In this document: one piece after another, positions 30,748 to 40,842 of the stretch | Layout: every line of letters begins with the position of its first letter | Position numbering within the stretch: position 1 is the stretch's first letter | DNA from: Deltaproteobacteria bacterium | GTDB taxonomy: Bacteria; Desulfobacterota; GWC2-55-46 | NCBI GenBank assembly: GCA_020846435.1 | Contig: JADLDY010000031.1 | Span: forward strand, 21,557 to 85,556 | DNA: 64,000 bases | Direction of reading: 5' to 3' | Translations under genes and position numbers: made by a program | The notes under the pieces: model-generated | What the model was told of the DNA's origin: nothing | What the model saw: the letters and a program-made list of their open reading frames with translations, nothing else | The model's database searches: none

Positions 30748-32913
30748 ATGGACCTTGAACTAGGACAGGCAAGGCAGACTTTCATAACGGAGAGCAGGGA
30801 GCTGCTTCAGGAGATGGAGAGCGCCCTTCTTACGCTCGAGGCGGACCCTGAGGACCAGGCCGCGATAAACTCGCTTTTCCGCTCGGCGCATACCATAAAG
30901 GGCTCTTCCGGCGTCCTCGGCATTGAGGCCGTCGAGAAGTTTACGCACTTCGTCGAGAACCTCCTGTCACAGATGAGGGATGGGGAGATAAAGGCGAGGA
31001 AGGAGAACATCGACCTCCTTCTTGAATGCAGGGACCACATATCGACCCTTACGGCCCTCGCGGCAAGCGGCATAGAGGAGCTTTCACCCGAGGTGGAGGC
31101 GAATGGAGCGGCCCTGACAAGCCGCCTCGGAGAGTTGCTCGGCGCGCAGGAAGCGAAGCCTGAGGCAAAAGGGGCCGCGAAGGAAGAAGAGAGGCTTGAC
31201 GGGCCGTCTTCCGCGGCCGACGCATGGCACATATCCATAAGGTTCGGCCAGGACGTACTGCGCTCCGGCATGGACCCTGTCTCGTTTCTGACCTATCTCG
31301 CGAAGCTCGGCGAGGTCGTAAGCTGCACGACCCTCTTCGATTCCATGCCCCCGGTTGAGGATATGGACCCTGAGAGCTGCTATCTGGGTTTTGAGATAGA
31401 CCTCAAGAGCGCCTCTGACAAGGCCGCCATAGAGGGCGTCTTCGAGTTTGTCAGGGAGGACGCGGCAATCCGCATACTGCCGCCTTTCAGCCGGGTGGCC
31501 TCATACGTCGAGCTCATAAGCGAGCTTCCGGAGGACACTCTTCTTCTCGGAGAGATACTCGTCAAGGGAGGAGCGCTCACAAGCAGGGAGCTCGAAGACG
31601 CGCTCGCGAAACAGCGCGCTACGGCCCCGGGAGAGGAGAAGCCCCGCATAGGCGACCTCCTCATAGAGGGCGGGTCTGTCCACGCCGAGACGGTCGCCGC
31701 GGCGGCGGAGAAACAGAAGAAAAACCAGTCGGCAGGCGCGAAAGAGGCCTCGACCGTGAGGATAGACGCGGCAAAGCTGGACGCGCTCGTCGACCTCGTG
31801 GGAGAGCTCGTGATATCCGGGGCGAACATAGAGCAGCATTCGGCGCGCATCGCTGACGCTGGCCTGAGCGAGTCTGCCTCCGTCATGCTCCGGCTCGTAG
31901 AGGAGATACGCGAGTCGACCATGAAGATAAGGATGGTCCCCATAGGCGAGACCTTTACGAGGTTCAGGAGAGTGGTGAGGGACATAAGCCGCGAGCTCGG
32001 TAAGGACGTCGACCTCGTCATATCTGGCGGGGATACGGAACTCGACAAGACGGTCATAGAAAAAATCGGCGACCCGCTCATGCACCTCGTGAGGAACTCG
32101 GCTGACCATGGCATAGAGGGGCCTGAGGAAAGAAAGGCCGCGGGAAAGAACGCTAAAGGCACCGTGCGCCTAAACGCTTTCCATGACGCTGGCTCCATAA
32201 TAATAGAGGTCGCAGACGACGGCAAGGGGCTCGACAGGGAGAGGATCGCGGCCAAGGCTTTGTCAGCCGGGCTCATCCAGCACGGGGCGCAGCTCACTGA
32301 CCAGGAGGTCTTCAGGCTCATATTCGAGCCGGGCTTCTCGACCGCCGAGGCAATCACCAAGTTCTCCGGCAGGGGAGTGGGCATGGACGTAGTCAAGCGC
32401 AACATCGAGGCGCTGCGCGGGACGATATACATAGAGAGCGCTCAGGGCACGGGTACGACGATAAGGATAAGGCTTCCCCTTACGATGGCGATAATCGACG
32501 GCTTCATGGTCGGGGTCGGAGGTTCTCCGTACATCATCCCGCTCGACATGGTGATGGAGTGCGTCGAGCTCTCCGAGGCAGAAAGGAGCGCGGCCGACAG
32601 GAGGAGCTACATAAACCTGCGCGGCGAGGTCCTCCCGTATGTGCGCCTCAAAAACTTCTTCAACGAGGGCGGCCTTACGGCCGGCCACGAGAACATAGTC
32701 ATAGTCCAGTATGGCGGGCACAAAATAGGCCTCGTGGTCGACGAGCTCTTCGGAGAGGTGCAGACGGTAATAAAGTCCTTGGGCAGGGTTTACAGGGACA
32801 TAAAGGGCATCTCCGGGGCTACCATCCTGGGCAACGGCCAGGTGGCGCTCATCCTCGACGTCCCGAGGCTCATGCAGTCTGTAGAGACAAGCTTCATGGC
32901 CAGGAGTGCCTGA
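30748..32913 (+). CDS. cheA: Chemotaxis histidine kinase CheA
   Basis: Hpt P1 (HTIKGSSG), P2, dimerisation, HATPase_c (G1/G2 boxes) and C-terminal CheW-like P5 domain. ATG overlaps the upstream stop. Confidence 0.9.
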   Translation: MDLELGQARQTFITESRELLQEMESALLTLEADPEDQAAINSLFRSAHTIKGSSGVLGIEAVEKFTHFVENLLSQMRDGEIKARKENIDLLLECRDHISTLTALAASGIEELSPEVEANGAALTSRLGELLGAQEAKPEAKGAAKEEERLDGPSSAADAWHISIRFGQDVLRSGMDPVSFLTYLAKLGEVVSCTTLFDSMPPVEDMDPESCYLGFEIDLKSASDKAAIEGVFEFVREDAAIRILPPFSRVASYVELISELPEDTLLLGEILVKGGALTSRELEDALAKQRATAPGEEKPRIGDLLIEGGSVHAETVAAAAEKQKKNQSAGAKEASTVRIDAAKLDALVDLVGELVISGANIEQHSARIADAGLSESASVMLRLVEEIRESTMKIRMVPIGETFTRFRRVVRDISRELGKDVDLVISGGDTELDKTVIEKIGDPLMHLVRNSADHGIEGPEERKAAGKNAKGTVRLNAFHDAGSIIIEVADDGKGLDRERIAAKALSAGLIQHGAQLTDQEVFRLIFEPGFSTAEAITKFSGRGVGMDVVKRNIEALRGTIYIESAQGTGTTIRIRLPLTMAIIDGFMVGVGGSPYIIPLDMVMECVELSEAERSAADRRSYINLRGEVLPYVRLKNFFNEGGLTAGHENIVIVQYGGHKIGLVVDELFGEVQTVIKSLGRVYRDIKGISGATILGNGQVALILDVPRLMQSVETSFMARSA

Positions 32914-33011
32914 GGCTCATCCAGTCCCCGCGCCCGGCATGAGGCCAGGGCGGTACGGGTTAAAGATAAAAAAATAAACATGGGAATACAAAAAAAGGAG
33001 GATTTTCTGAA

Positions 33012-34697
33012 ATGGATTTCTTAAGGAATCTCAAAACCCGGTCCAAGCTGTTTTTGAGTTTCACCGTGCTCATCGTTTTCGTGCTCGGGCTCGGAGTGCT
33101 CAGCATCAACAGGATAGGCGAGATGCGCTCCATGATTCAGACGCTCTACGCAGACAGGTTCGTCCCGGCGGTCGACCTTGGCAAGATAAACAACCATCTT
33201 GCCTTCATCAGGATAGGCGCCCTCCAGATAATGAACGAGACTGACAAGGTCAGGAAGCAGGAAATATGGAACAAGGCGGCCGAGTCTGCAGAGGAGACGG
33301 ACAAGCTCATAACCAAGTACGGCGCCACCGAGATGGTTGAAGAAGAGCAGAAGGTCTTCGACGCGCTCAAATCCTCCTGGGCGAGCTACAACGCTTCGCG
33401 CCTTGCGACCTACAAATTGGCGCTTGACGGCGAGAACGTGAAGGCCAAGGAGAACGCGATAACCGACGCAGGCCCCAAGTTCAAGGTCCTTGACGGGAAC
33501 GTGGTAAGGCTCATCGAGATACAGGACGAAGTGGGGCAGGCCCTCAACAAGGAAGCTGACAACGATTACGCCTTCACAAGGAACGTCGTCATAGCCGCAA
33601 CCGTGGTCTCTGTTGGCATAGGCGCCGCGCTCGCGCTCATCCTTACCACACTGATCGCCAGGCCTCTGGTCGAGGTGACGGGAGTCGCCAACAGGCTCGC
33701 CGATGGAGACCTCAGCGTGGACATCGACGCGAAGGGCAAGGACGAGATAGGCGAGCTCACCACCGCGTTCAAAAACATGGTCGGCAAGCTGCGCGAAGTC
33801 GTCTCTGACGTAAGGGCGGTCTCCGACAACGTCGCCTCAGGCGCGCAGGAATTGAGCTCAGGAGCCCAGCAGATCTCCCAGGGCGCGACCGAGCAGGCGG
33901 CCTCTATTGAGGAGACCTCCTCGTCGATGGAGCAGATGACCGCCAACATCAGGCAGAACTCGGACAACGCGCAGCAGACGGAAAAGATTGCGCATAAGTC
34001 CGCGACCGACGCCAAAGAGAGCGGCCAGGCCGTGACCGAGACGGTAGTCGCGATGAAGGAGATAGCTTCGAAGATATCCATAATAGAAGAGATAGCGAGG
34101 CAGACGAACCTCCTCGCCCTGAACGCCGCGATAGAGGCCGCGAGGGCCGGAGAGCACGGCAAGGGCTTCGCGGTTGTCGCTTCCGAAGTAAGAAAGCTCG
34201 CGGAAAGAAGCCAGACGGCTGCCGGAGAGATAAGCCACCTGTCAGCCTCCAGCGTGCAGATAGCCGAGAAGGCCGGAGAGATGCTCGCCAGGCTCGTCCC
34301 GGACATCCAGAAGACCTCAGAGCTCGTGCAGGAGATAACCGCGGCGAGCGCAGAGCAGAACTCAGGCGCCGACCAGATAAACAGGGCGCTCCAGCAGCTC
34401 GACCAGGTCATCCAGCAGAACGCCTCAGGCGCCGAAGAGCTCGCGTCTACCTCGGAAGAGCTCTCCGGGCAGTCTGAACAGCTCCAGAGGTCCATCGCCT
34501 TCTTCAGGGCCACGGGCGCTTCAGCTCCCGCCGCCAATGTAGTGCAAATAAACAGGGCGAAGCCCGCGCACAAGGCAAAACCGTCGCATCAGGCCCATCA
34601 GGCACGCAAGAGCGCGCCGCAGGCCGCGAACGGCGGGGTCGTCCTGAACCTCGGGACAGGCAGGGATGAAGAAGACGGCGAGTTCGTCAAATACTGA
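33012..34697 (+). CDS. Methyl-accepting chemotaxis protein with periplasmic four-helix-bundle sensor, HAMP
   Basis: TM1, about 150-aa helical periplasmic domain, TM2, HAMP, MA domain ([39 protein letters not shown]). Confidence 0.85.
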   Translation: MDFLRNLKTRSKLFLSFTVLIVFVLGLGVLSINRIGEMRSMIQTLYADRFVPAVDLGKINNHLAFIRIGALQIMNETDKVRKQEIWNKAAESAEETDKLITKYGATEMVEEEQKVFDALKSSWASYNASRLATYKLALDGENVKAKENAITDAGPKFKVLDGNVVRLIEIQDEVGQALNKEADNDYAFTRNVVIAATVVSVGIGAALALILTTLIARPLVEVTGVANRLADGDLSVDIDAKGKDEIGELTTAFKNMVGKLREVVSDVRAVSDNVASGAQELSSGAQQISQGATEQAASIEETSSSMEQMTANIRQNSDNAQQTEKIAHKSATDAKESGQAVTETVVAMKEIASKISIIEEIARQTNLLALNAAIEAARAGEHGKGFAVVASEVRKLAERSQTAAGEISHLSASSVQIAEKAGEMLARLVPDIQKTSELVQEITAASAEQNSGADQINRALQQLDQVIQQNASGAEELASTSEELSGQSEQLQRSIAFFRATGASAPAANVVQINRAKPAHKAKPSHQAHQARKSAPQAANGGVVLNLGTGRDEEDGEFVKY

Positions 34698-34712
34698 GCG
34701 GAGGGAAAAAGC

Positions 34713-35195
34713 GTGGACAACATAACTGAAACGGCGCAGTACCTTACGTTCAGGCTCGAGGAGGAGGTATTCGCCCTTGACATATCGCAGGTGAGGGAGG
34801 TCCTCGACTTAACGTCCATCACCAAGGTGCCGAGGACCCCGGAGTTCATGCGGGGGGTCATAAACCTTCGCGGCTCTGTCGTGCCGGTAGTCGACATGAG
34901 GCTCAAGTTCTCCATGACGAGGACCGAGCAGACCCTCAACACCTGCATAATAATAGTCGAGATAAGCGTCGAGGGCGAGAGGCTCGTGCTCGGCGCGCTG
35001 GCGGACTCGGTCCAGGAGGTCATCGAGCTCGGCCCCGGTCAGATAGAGCCAGCGCCAAGGATTGGCGCGAGGTTTGACACCGAGTTCATAAAGGGCATGG
35101 GCAAGAGGGACGATGAGTTCATAATCATCCTCGACATAGACAGGATATTCTCGGCCGGCGAGCTCGCCGCGACGGCACTAGCAGAGGCGTGCTGA
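34713..35195 (+). CDS. cheW: Chemotaxis coupling protein CheW
   Basis: CheW-like domain (YLTFRLEEEVFALDISQVREV...); GTG start with GGAGGG RBS. Confidence 0.85.
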   Translation: MDNITETAQYLTFRLEEEVFALDISQVREVLDLTSITKVPRTPEFMRGVINLRGSVVPVVDMRLKFSMTRTEQTLNTCIIIVEISVEGERLVLGALADSVQEVIELGPGQIEPAPRIGARFDTEFIKGMGKRDDEFIIILDIDRIFSAGELAATALAEAC

Positions 35196-35196
35196 C

Positions 35197-36051
35197 ATGG
35201 AAGCTCTAAGCACGCCGGTTAGCCTCAAGAGGCTTTCCGAGGACGAGTTCAAAAAACTCAGCTCCCTTGTCAACGGAGAGCTCGGCATAAAGATGCCTCC
35301 GGCAAAGAGGACATTGCTGGAATCGCGCCTGCAAAAGCGTCTCCGCGCTCTCGGGCTCGCCTCCTACGCCGAGTACTGCGACCTGCTCTTCAACAGGGGC
35401 GGCATGAAGACCGAGCTCGTCCACATGCTCGACCTCGTGACGACCAACAAGACCGATTTCTTCAGGGAGGCGCACCACTTCGAGTACCTCGTCTCGACGG
35501 CTGTTCCCGCCCTTCTTGGAGGCCGGTCGCAGAGGGTGAGCCTCTGGAGCGCGGGCTGCTCCTCAGGAGAAGAGCCGTACACACTGGCCATGGTCCTCAG
35601 CGAGTACGCTCGGCTTAACCAGGGGGCAGGTTTTGACTTCACGATAGCCGCGACCGACATATCTACGAGGGTGCTGGAGGCCGCGTGCAGGGGCGTCTAC
35701 AATGAAGAGAGGGTCGCCCCGGTGCCTATGGAGCTGAGGAGGAGGTACTTCCTCAAGAGCAAGGACGCTTCAAGGTCGCTTGTCCGGGTCACGCCGGAAC
35801 TCAGGAGCAAGATAGCCTTCTCGCGCGTCAACCTCATGGACGAAGAGTACGCCATCGACGCGCCGGTCGACATAATATTCTGCAGGAACGTCATCATCTA
35901 CTTTGACAAGCCCACGCAGGAGCGGCTCTTCAGCAGGTTCTGCGAGTACATGAGCCCGGGCGGTTTCCTCTTCATCGGGCATTCGGAGACGCTCAGCGGC
36001 TTTGACCTGCCGCTCAAAAAAGTGGGCGCGTCAGTCTACATGAGACAGTGA
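35197..36051 (+). CDS. cheR: Chemotaxis protein methyltransferase CheR
   Basis: LWSAGCSSGEEPYTLAM and N-terminal all-alpha CheR domain. Confidence 0.9.
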   Translation: MEALSTPVSLKRLSEDEFKKLSSLVNGELGIKMPPAKRTLLESRLQKRLRALGLASYAEYCDLLFNRGGMKTELVHMLDLVTTNKTDFFREAHHFEYLVSTAVPALLGGRSQRVSLWSAGCSSGEEPYTLAMVLSEYARLNQGAGFDFTIAATDISTRVLEAACRGVYNEERVAPVPMELRRRYFLKSKDASRSLVRVTPELRSKIAFSRVNLMDEEYAIDAPVDIIFCRNVIIYFDKPTQERLFSRFCEYMSPGGFLFIGHSETLSGFDLPLKKVGASVYMRQ

Positions 36052-36064
36052 AAAGGAGAAGAGC

Positions 36065-36961
36065 ATGAAGGCACTCCAGGACCATGAGCTTGTGGACGAG
36101 CTCAGAGAAAGGCTCGCCGCCAAGGACAGGGCGTATCAGGACCTGGCCGCGGTGACGGCCAAGCTCGAGGAGCTCAACCGCAGGCTGGTCGAGTCCGAAA
36201 AGTTGAAGTCAAGCTTCCTCTCGAACATAAGGAACGAGATAAACAACCCCCTGACTTCGGTCATGGCCCTCTCAGAGCTCCTTTCAGGCGGGGAGAGCGC
36301 ACCTGACGAGCAGACGGTGAAGTCTATTGCCGGGCTCATACACAGGGACGCCTTCAGTTTGAACTTTCAGCTGAGGAACGTCTTTGCCGCGGCCGAGCTG
36401 GAGGCTGGGGAGGCCGAGCCCTCGTTCATGAACACGGATGTCGAGTCAGTGCTCAGCGACTCCATAGCGTCGCTTTCAGGGCGCGCCGCCGAAAAAAAGG
36501 TAAGGGTCACATTCGAGATCCCGGCGGAGCTCAAGGCGAGCCCGTTCAGGACTGACGCGGAAAAACTGCACAGGGTCTTTTTGAACCTCCTTGCCAACGC
36601 CATAGAATTCAGCCCTGAGGGAGCAGAGGTGCGCGCTTCAGCAGCGCTCGAGGAAGGGACGCTTCTCCTGAGAGTGAGGGACTGCGGCCCAGGCATAGAT
36701 AAAAAAGATCATGCCGCGGTCTTCGAGCGCTTCCGCCAGCTCGAGAACGGCGCCACTAAACATCACGCGGGCCACGGCCTGGGCCTGAGCATCGTGAAGG
36801 CGTCGGTCGAGCTCCTCGGAGGCTCGATCGCGCTCGAGAGCGCGCCTGGCAGGGGCTCCGTCTTCATCGTCAGATTGCCTGAGGCGCCGGAGTGCCAGTC
36901 AGGGGATTTTCTGAGCGGCGGGGCCGAGTTCTTCGATACTGCTGAAGGCGAGAGGTTCTGA
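36065..36961 (+). CDS. Histidine-kinase-like protein with degenerate H-box (His replaced by Asn) and intact HATPase_c domain
   Basis: HisKA-like helix reads SFLSNIRNEINNPLTSV where canonical kinases have (A/S)HE(I/L)(N/R)(N/T)PL. Codons agg-aac-gag at about 36230 were checked. The N box (LLANAIEFSPEG), G1 (VRDCGPGID) and G2 (GHGLGLSIVK) are intact. Confidence 0.7.
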   Translation: MKALQDHELVDELRERLAAKDRAYQDLAAVTAKLEELNRRLVESEKLKSSFLSNIRNEINNPLTSVMALSELLSGGESAPDEQTVKSIAGLIHRDAFSLNFQLRNVFAAAELEAGEAEPSFMNTDVESVLSDSIASLSGRAAEKKVRVTFEIPAELKASPFRTDAEKLHRVFLNLLANAIEFSPEGAEVRASAALEEGTLLLRVRDCGPGIDKKDHAAVFERFRQLENGATKHHAGHGLGLSIVKASVELLGGSIALESAPGRGSVFIVRLPEAPECQSGDFLSGGAEFFDTAEGERF

Positions 36962-36963
36962 GA

Positions 36964-37440
36964 GTGCGCACAGCGGCGCTGAACAGCGAGGCCAGGTACC
37001 TGTACCCCGGCATGCTCTTTGCCGAGCCAGGCGACTTCGGCGTGACGACCGTGCTCGGCTCATGCGTCTCCGTCTGCCTCTGGGATGCGGCCGCCAGAGT
37101 AGGCGGCATCAACCATTACCTCCTGCCTCTGTGGAACGGGGACGGCCTCAGGACGCCCAAGTACGGCAATATCGCCATCCCGATGCTCGTCGAGAAGCTT
37201 TTGCAGTCAGGCTGCACCAGGGCGGGGCTCAAGGCCAAGATCTTCGGCGGCGGCAGCGTACTTGAGAACACAAGCGGCCTCCTGAACGTCGGCGAGAGGA
37301 ACATAAAATACGCTGAGAGCGCGCTCGATGAGGCGCGAATCCCGATAATAGGAAGAGACGTGGGCGGCAATTCCGGAAGGAAGCTCCTGTTCGTAACCGG
37401 CACGGGAGACGTCTTCGTCAGAAAGCTGAATAAACAGTGA
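36964..37440 (+). CDS. cheD: Chemoreceptor glutamine deamidase CheD
   Basis: [12 protein letters not shown] catalytic Cys region; GTG start. Confidence 0.85.
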   Translation: MRTAALNSEARYLYPGMLFAEPGDFGVTTVLGSCVSVCLWDAAARVGGINHYLLPLWNGDGLRTPKYGNIAIPMLVEKLLQSGCTRAGLKAKIFGGGSVLENTSGLLNVGERNIKYAESALDEARIPIIGRDVGGNSGRKLLFVTGTGDVFVRKLNKQ

Positions 37441-38498
37441 ACGCCAGAAAAAAGGTCCTCATAGTGGACGACTCGGCCGTTGTGCGCCGTGTCCTGACGA
37501 ACATCATCTCATCTGACGACGGGCTCGAGGTCATGGCGACCGCCTCTGACCCTTTCGTCGCGGCCGAGAAGATAGCTGCCGAGGTGCCGGATGTCATGAC
37601 GCTCGACATTGAGATGCCGAGGATGGACGGGCTTACCTTCCTCCAGAAGATAATGGAGCAGCACCCGATACCCGTCGTCATAATATCGAGCCTCGCTGGC
37701 AGCGGCACAGAGACGGCGATGAAGGCACTCGAGAGCGGGGCTGTCGAGATAATAGAGAAGCCGCAGTTAGGGACAAAGGAGTATCTGGAAGAGGCGTCGG
37801 TCTTCATCTGCGACGCTGTAAAGGCGGCTTCCCAGGTAAAGCCAAATCATGTGCGCCCCCCTTTGCCGGTGACTGCCAAGCTCACCGCCGACGCCGTTCT
37901 CCAGAAGAGCGGGGCTAAGGCCATGCTCAAGACGACCGAGAAGGTCATAGTCGTCGGGGCCTCTACCGGAGGGACAGAGGCGATAGCTGAGTTCCTCACA
38001 AACATGCCGCCTGATTCTCCCGGGATCGTCATCGTCCAGCACATGCCTGAGAGGTTTACAGCCGCCTTCGCGAAGAGGCTTGATTCGATATGCGCGATAT
38101 CGGTCAAGGAGGCCGAGGATAACGACACTGTCATAAGGGGGAGGGCGCTCATCGCCCCTGGCAACAGGCACATGCTCCTTAAAAGAAGCGGGGCGAGATA
38201 TTACGTCGAGATAAAAGACGGCCCGCTTGTCGCGCGCCACAGGCCTTCGGTAGACGTGCTCTTCCGTTCGGCGGCTTCCTACGCAGGCAAGAACGCCGTA
38301 GGAGTCATTTTGACCGGCATGGGGGACGACGGAGCGCTTGGCATGAAGGAGATGAAGGACGCCGGGGCAATAAACATCGCGCAGGACGAACATTCGTGCG
38401 TTGTGTACGGCATGCCTAAAGAGGCTATAAAGGCGGGCGGGGTGGATTTTGTGCTGCCGCTGAAGGCTATCTCCTCAAAAGTCCTCGCCGAGTGTTAG
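37437..38498 (+). CDS. cheB: Chemotaxis response regulator protein-glutamate methylesterase CheB
   Basis: N-terminal REC ([11 protein letters not shown]...D) plus CheB methylesterase ([18 protein letters not shown]). Confidence 0.9.
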   Translation: MNARKKVLIVDDSAVVRRVLTNIISSDDGLEVMATASDPFVAAEKIAAEVPDVMTLDIEMPRMDGLTFLQKIMEQHPIPVVIISSLAGSGTETAMKALESGAVEIIEKPQLGTKEYLEEASVFICDAVKAASQVKPNHVRPPLPVTAKLTADAVLQKSGAKAMLKTTEKVIVVGASTGGTEAIAEFLTNMPPDSPGIVIVQHMPERFTAAFAKRLDSICAISVKEAEDNDTVIRGRALIAPGNRHMLLKRSGARYYVEIKDGPLVARHRPSVDVLFRSAASYAGKNAVGVILTGMGDDGALGMKEMKDAGAINIAQDEHSCVVYGMPKEAIKAGGVDFVLPLKAISSKVLAEC

Positions 38499-38507
38499 CG
38501 GGCCTCT

Positions 38508-38722
38508 TTAAAAATCCCATCTGCTTTGTCGTCTTCGTCGCGGCAAAAGCGGCGTACAAAAAAGTACGCCTCACTCCTTGCTCCTCGTCTCCTCGCATCT
38601 GGAACTTTTAAAGAGGCCCGCCTGATGCTGATTTTATTGACGCCTGTCGTGTCAGAAAACCAATCTGCTTATGCAGTCAGCGTCGCGGTAAAAGCGGCGT
38701 ACAAAAGAGCACGCATCAGCTG
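38508..38722. repeat. Intergenic repeat family B (copy R2: one full unit plus a partial second unit)
   Basis: cccatctgctttgtcgtcttcgtcgcggcaaaagcggcgtacaaaaaagtacgcctcactccttgctcctcgtctcctcgcatctggaactttt..., then a second cgcggtaaaagcggcgtacaaaagagcacgc. Confidence 0.5.
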
Positions 38723-39198
38723 AAAAAAGTGTTCCTGTCGTAGATGAGCGGGACCCCGTTCTCCCTTCTGACGCCGCCGTCCAATACTTCGCCGATGAAT
38801 ATCGTGTGGTCACCTGCTTCATGCGAGGAGACTACCCTGCAGTCGAGCCACGCGAGGCAGTCCTTGAGTATCGGAGAGCCGGTAACGCTCGTCTCATAGT
38901 CCACGCCCTCGAACTTGTCCGTCTTCCTGCCGGTCTTGAGGCCGAAGCGTTTGCCTGCCTCAATGTCCTCGGGGCCGAGGACATTGACGGCAAATACGCC
39001 GGAGCCCATTATCATGTCGTGCGAAAAGCGCGTCTTGCCGATGGAGATGGTGATGAGCGGCGGGACGAACGAAGCCCTCGCGACCCAGGCCGCGGTAAGC
39101 GCGTTCACCCGGCCCTCAAATGCCGTGCTTATGACGTAGACGCCGTGAGACAGAAAATTCTTGGCTTTCGAGATGTTCTCTTTCGCGCCGGTCATCAT
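38716..39198 (-). CDS. Flavin reductase-like (FMN-binding split-barrel) domain protein
   Basis: PF01613-like pattern (GVYVISTA...NALTAAWV...ITISI...DHTIFIGEV). Start uncertain (39225 vs 39198/39195 with GGAGG). Confidence 0.65.
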   Translation of the reverse strand: MMTGAKENISKAKNFLSHGVYVISTAFEGRVNALTAAWVARASFVPPLITISIGKTRFSHDMIMGSGVFAVNVLGPEDIEAGKRFGLKTGRKTDKFEGVDYETSVTGSPILKDCLAWLDCRVVSSHEAGDHTIFIGEVLDGGVRRENGVPLIYDRNTFFS

Positions 39199-39299
39199 GC
39201 CTCCTCGCGCCTGGAAGCGCGTCATGCGCCAACCAGATTCACGTTGTGATCAAATTATACCGATTTCATGGAAGGTATCAAGTACGGGGGAGAAGGGCG

Positions 39300-39797
39300 T
39301 TACTTCGAGTGGCGGTCAGCGACCTTGCTCGCGCCGAAGGAGGCTGGCTTTGTCCTTGCGGCGTACCCGGAGCCGGTCACCATGCCGACGAGCTCCTTTA
39401 TTATCTCTCTTGTCTCGCCCTTGTCTCCGACGTCGAGGTGTATCTCGACGTCGAGCTTGCTGAGGGAGCTCCTGTCGAGGCGGTCCTTCAGCAGGGAGGC
39501 GAGCTCGATGCTCATGGTGGCCTCAAAGAAGATGCGCTGCCTGAGGCTGTCCATCTTGCGCCTCGGGTTCTTCCGGTAGAAGTACCTGCCGCCGTGCCCG
39601 ACCCTGTGGATTATGACCGCGCTCACGAAGAGCGTTTCGCTGTTGAGGAATGAGTCAGTGCCCACGATGAGGTTGTAGACATCAGCCGGGGCCTGGTTGA
39701 TGTAGTCGACTATTACGCTGAACATGGCGTCAAAGGAAATCGTGCCGCTGGTAGGGCTTATGAACTCGGGGAAGTTATGGGAGGGGTGCTTGTCCAC
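39300..39797 (-). CDS. DUF458/YkuK-family protein (RNase H-like fold)
   Basis: FISPT.G..S...M......Y......IVGTDS...SAVIIHRVGHGGRYFYRK...SLRQR...EA.MS.E.A..L...H.D.G..G.....IKELVG.V.GSG..A..KP.S.GASKVAD pattern, matching B. subtilis YkuK as recalled from memory. Confidence 0.5.
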   Translation of the reverse strand: MDKHPSHNFPEFISPTSGTISFDAMFSVIVDYINQAPADVYNLIVGTDSFLNSETLFVSAVIIHRVGHGGRYFYRKNPRRKMDSLRQRIFFEATMSIELASLLKDRLDRSSLSKLDVEIHLDVGDKGETREIIKELVGMVTGSGYAARTKPASFGASKVADRHSK

Positions 39798-39868
39798 GTG
39801 ATAATTTTAAGACAATGTCCCTTGCAAAACAAGGATTTTGAAGCCGGGCGGTCTTGCCGCCCGGCTTC

Positions 39869-40312
39869 TCAGAATTTGAACATCAGGCCGACGAAGTTCC
39901 AGCCGTCGTTGTTCCTCGCGCGTCCGTTGGAAAAATGAGAGAACTGCACTCTGGCGTGTTTCCAGAGGTTGACGCCGAGGCTGATGGAGTAGTTGAGGTG
40001 GGTTCCGTTTATATTGTGTATCTCGGTAATGTATACGCCGCCGAGGTTCAGGTCCAGTGTCTCTGAGGGGAGAAGGTCGTAGTCTATCCCGAATGACATG
40101 TTCTCGCCGTCTGAGCCGTCCCAGTACATGGCCTGGCCGCCGAGCCTCGTGGCGTCATGGTCGTACCTTGCGATGGCCGCTTTAGTGCCTGGCGCGTGTA
40201 TGACGTCCTGGGCGTAGCCTAACGAAAACCCGGCTGAAGCCGGCGAGCTCAGACAGGCGAGGAAGGCTGAGATAAAAAAGATGAGCGACAGGGTCTTGAG
40301 TTTCATATTCAT
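39869..40312 (-). CDS. Small outer-membrane beta-barrel protein (PagL/OmpX-size), signal peptide
   Basis: Signal peptide (ACLSSPASA), alternating beta-strand pattern, C-terminal aromatic FKF. Confidence 0.5.
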   Translation of the reverse strand: MNMKLKTLSLIFFISAFLACLSSPASAGFSLGYAQDVIHAPGTKAAIARYDHDATRLGGQAMYWDGSDGENMSFGIDYDLLPSETLDLNLGGVYITEIHNINGTHLNYSISLGVNLWKHARVQFSHFSNGRARNNDGWNFVGLMFKF

Positions 40313-40505
40313 CCACTCCGTGTCCGGCTGAGTTGACTGCTGGCAGGGCTTTTACGTTTGTTTCAAATCATTATAGCGGAAAAAACAAATATGTGAAGGT
40401 CCGGAATATTTTTATGACGCGTCTCGCCTTGACAACTTTGACTGTTGGTGTTATTCAAAGGGGGACTGTCATAAAAACCGCAAAGCCCATTGACAAGGAT
40501 CTGAG

Positions 40506-40754
40506 ATGAGATTTTTTCTGGTCATAGCGATCATCCTCGTGGCGCTCGCCGCCAGCTTCGCGCTCCAGAACGCCCAGCCGGTGAGCGTGAAGTTCATCAA
40601 GTGGTCGTTCGAGGCCTCTTTGGTCATAGTCCTGATACTGACATTCGCAGCCGGGGCTCTCGCGGCTTTTCTCATCTCGGTGCCGTGGCGGATACGGGTT
40701 TTAAGGGAACTCAGCGGCCTCAAGAAGACGAACAAAGACAAGTCGCCGCAGTAA
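40506..40754 (+). CDS. lapA: LapA-family (DUF1049) inner-membrane protein
   Basis: 82 aa, two TM, conserved V.FI.W motif. Confidence 0.6.
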   Translation: MRFFLVIAIILVALAASFALQNAQPVSVKFIKWSFEASLVIVLILTFAAGALAAFLISVPWRIRVLRELSGLKKTNKDKSPQ

Positions 40755-40802
40755 GGTTGCCGTTGCCATTTAACTGTACAGGCAAAGGATGGAACAAATA
40801 AG

Positions 40803-40837
40803 AAAAAGGGTCAGACAAAAGTCTGACCCTTTTTTCA
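40803..40837. terminator. Bidirectional rho-independent terminator (lapA on +, ssrA on -)
   Basis: aaaaaggGTCAGACaaaaGTCTGACCctttttt: perfect hairpin flanked by A-run and T-run. Confidence 0.65.
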
Positions 40838-40842
40838 TAAGT

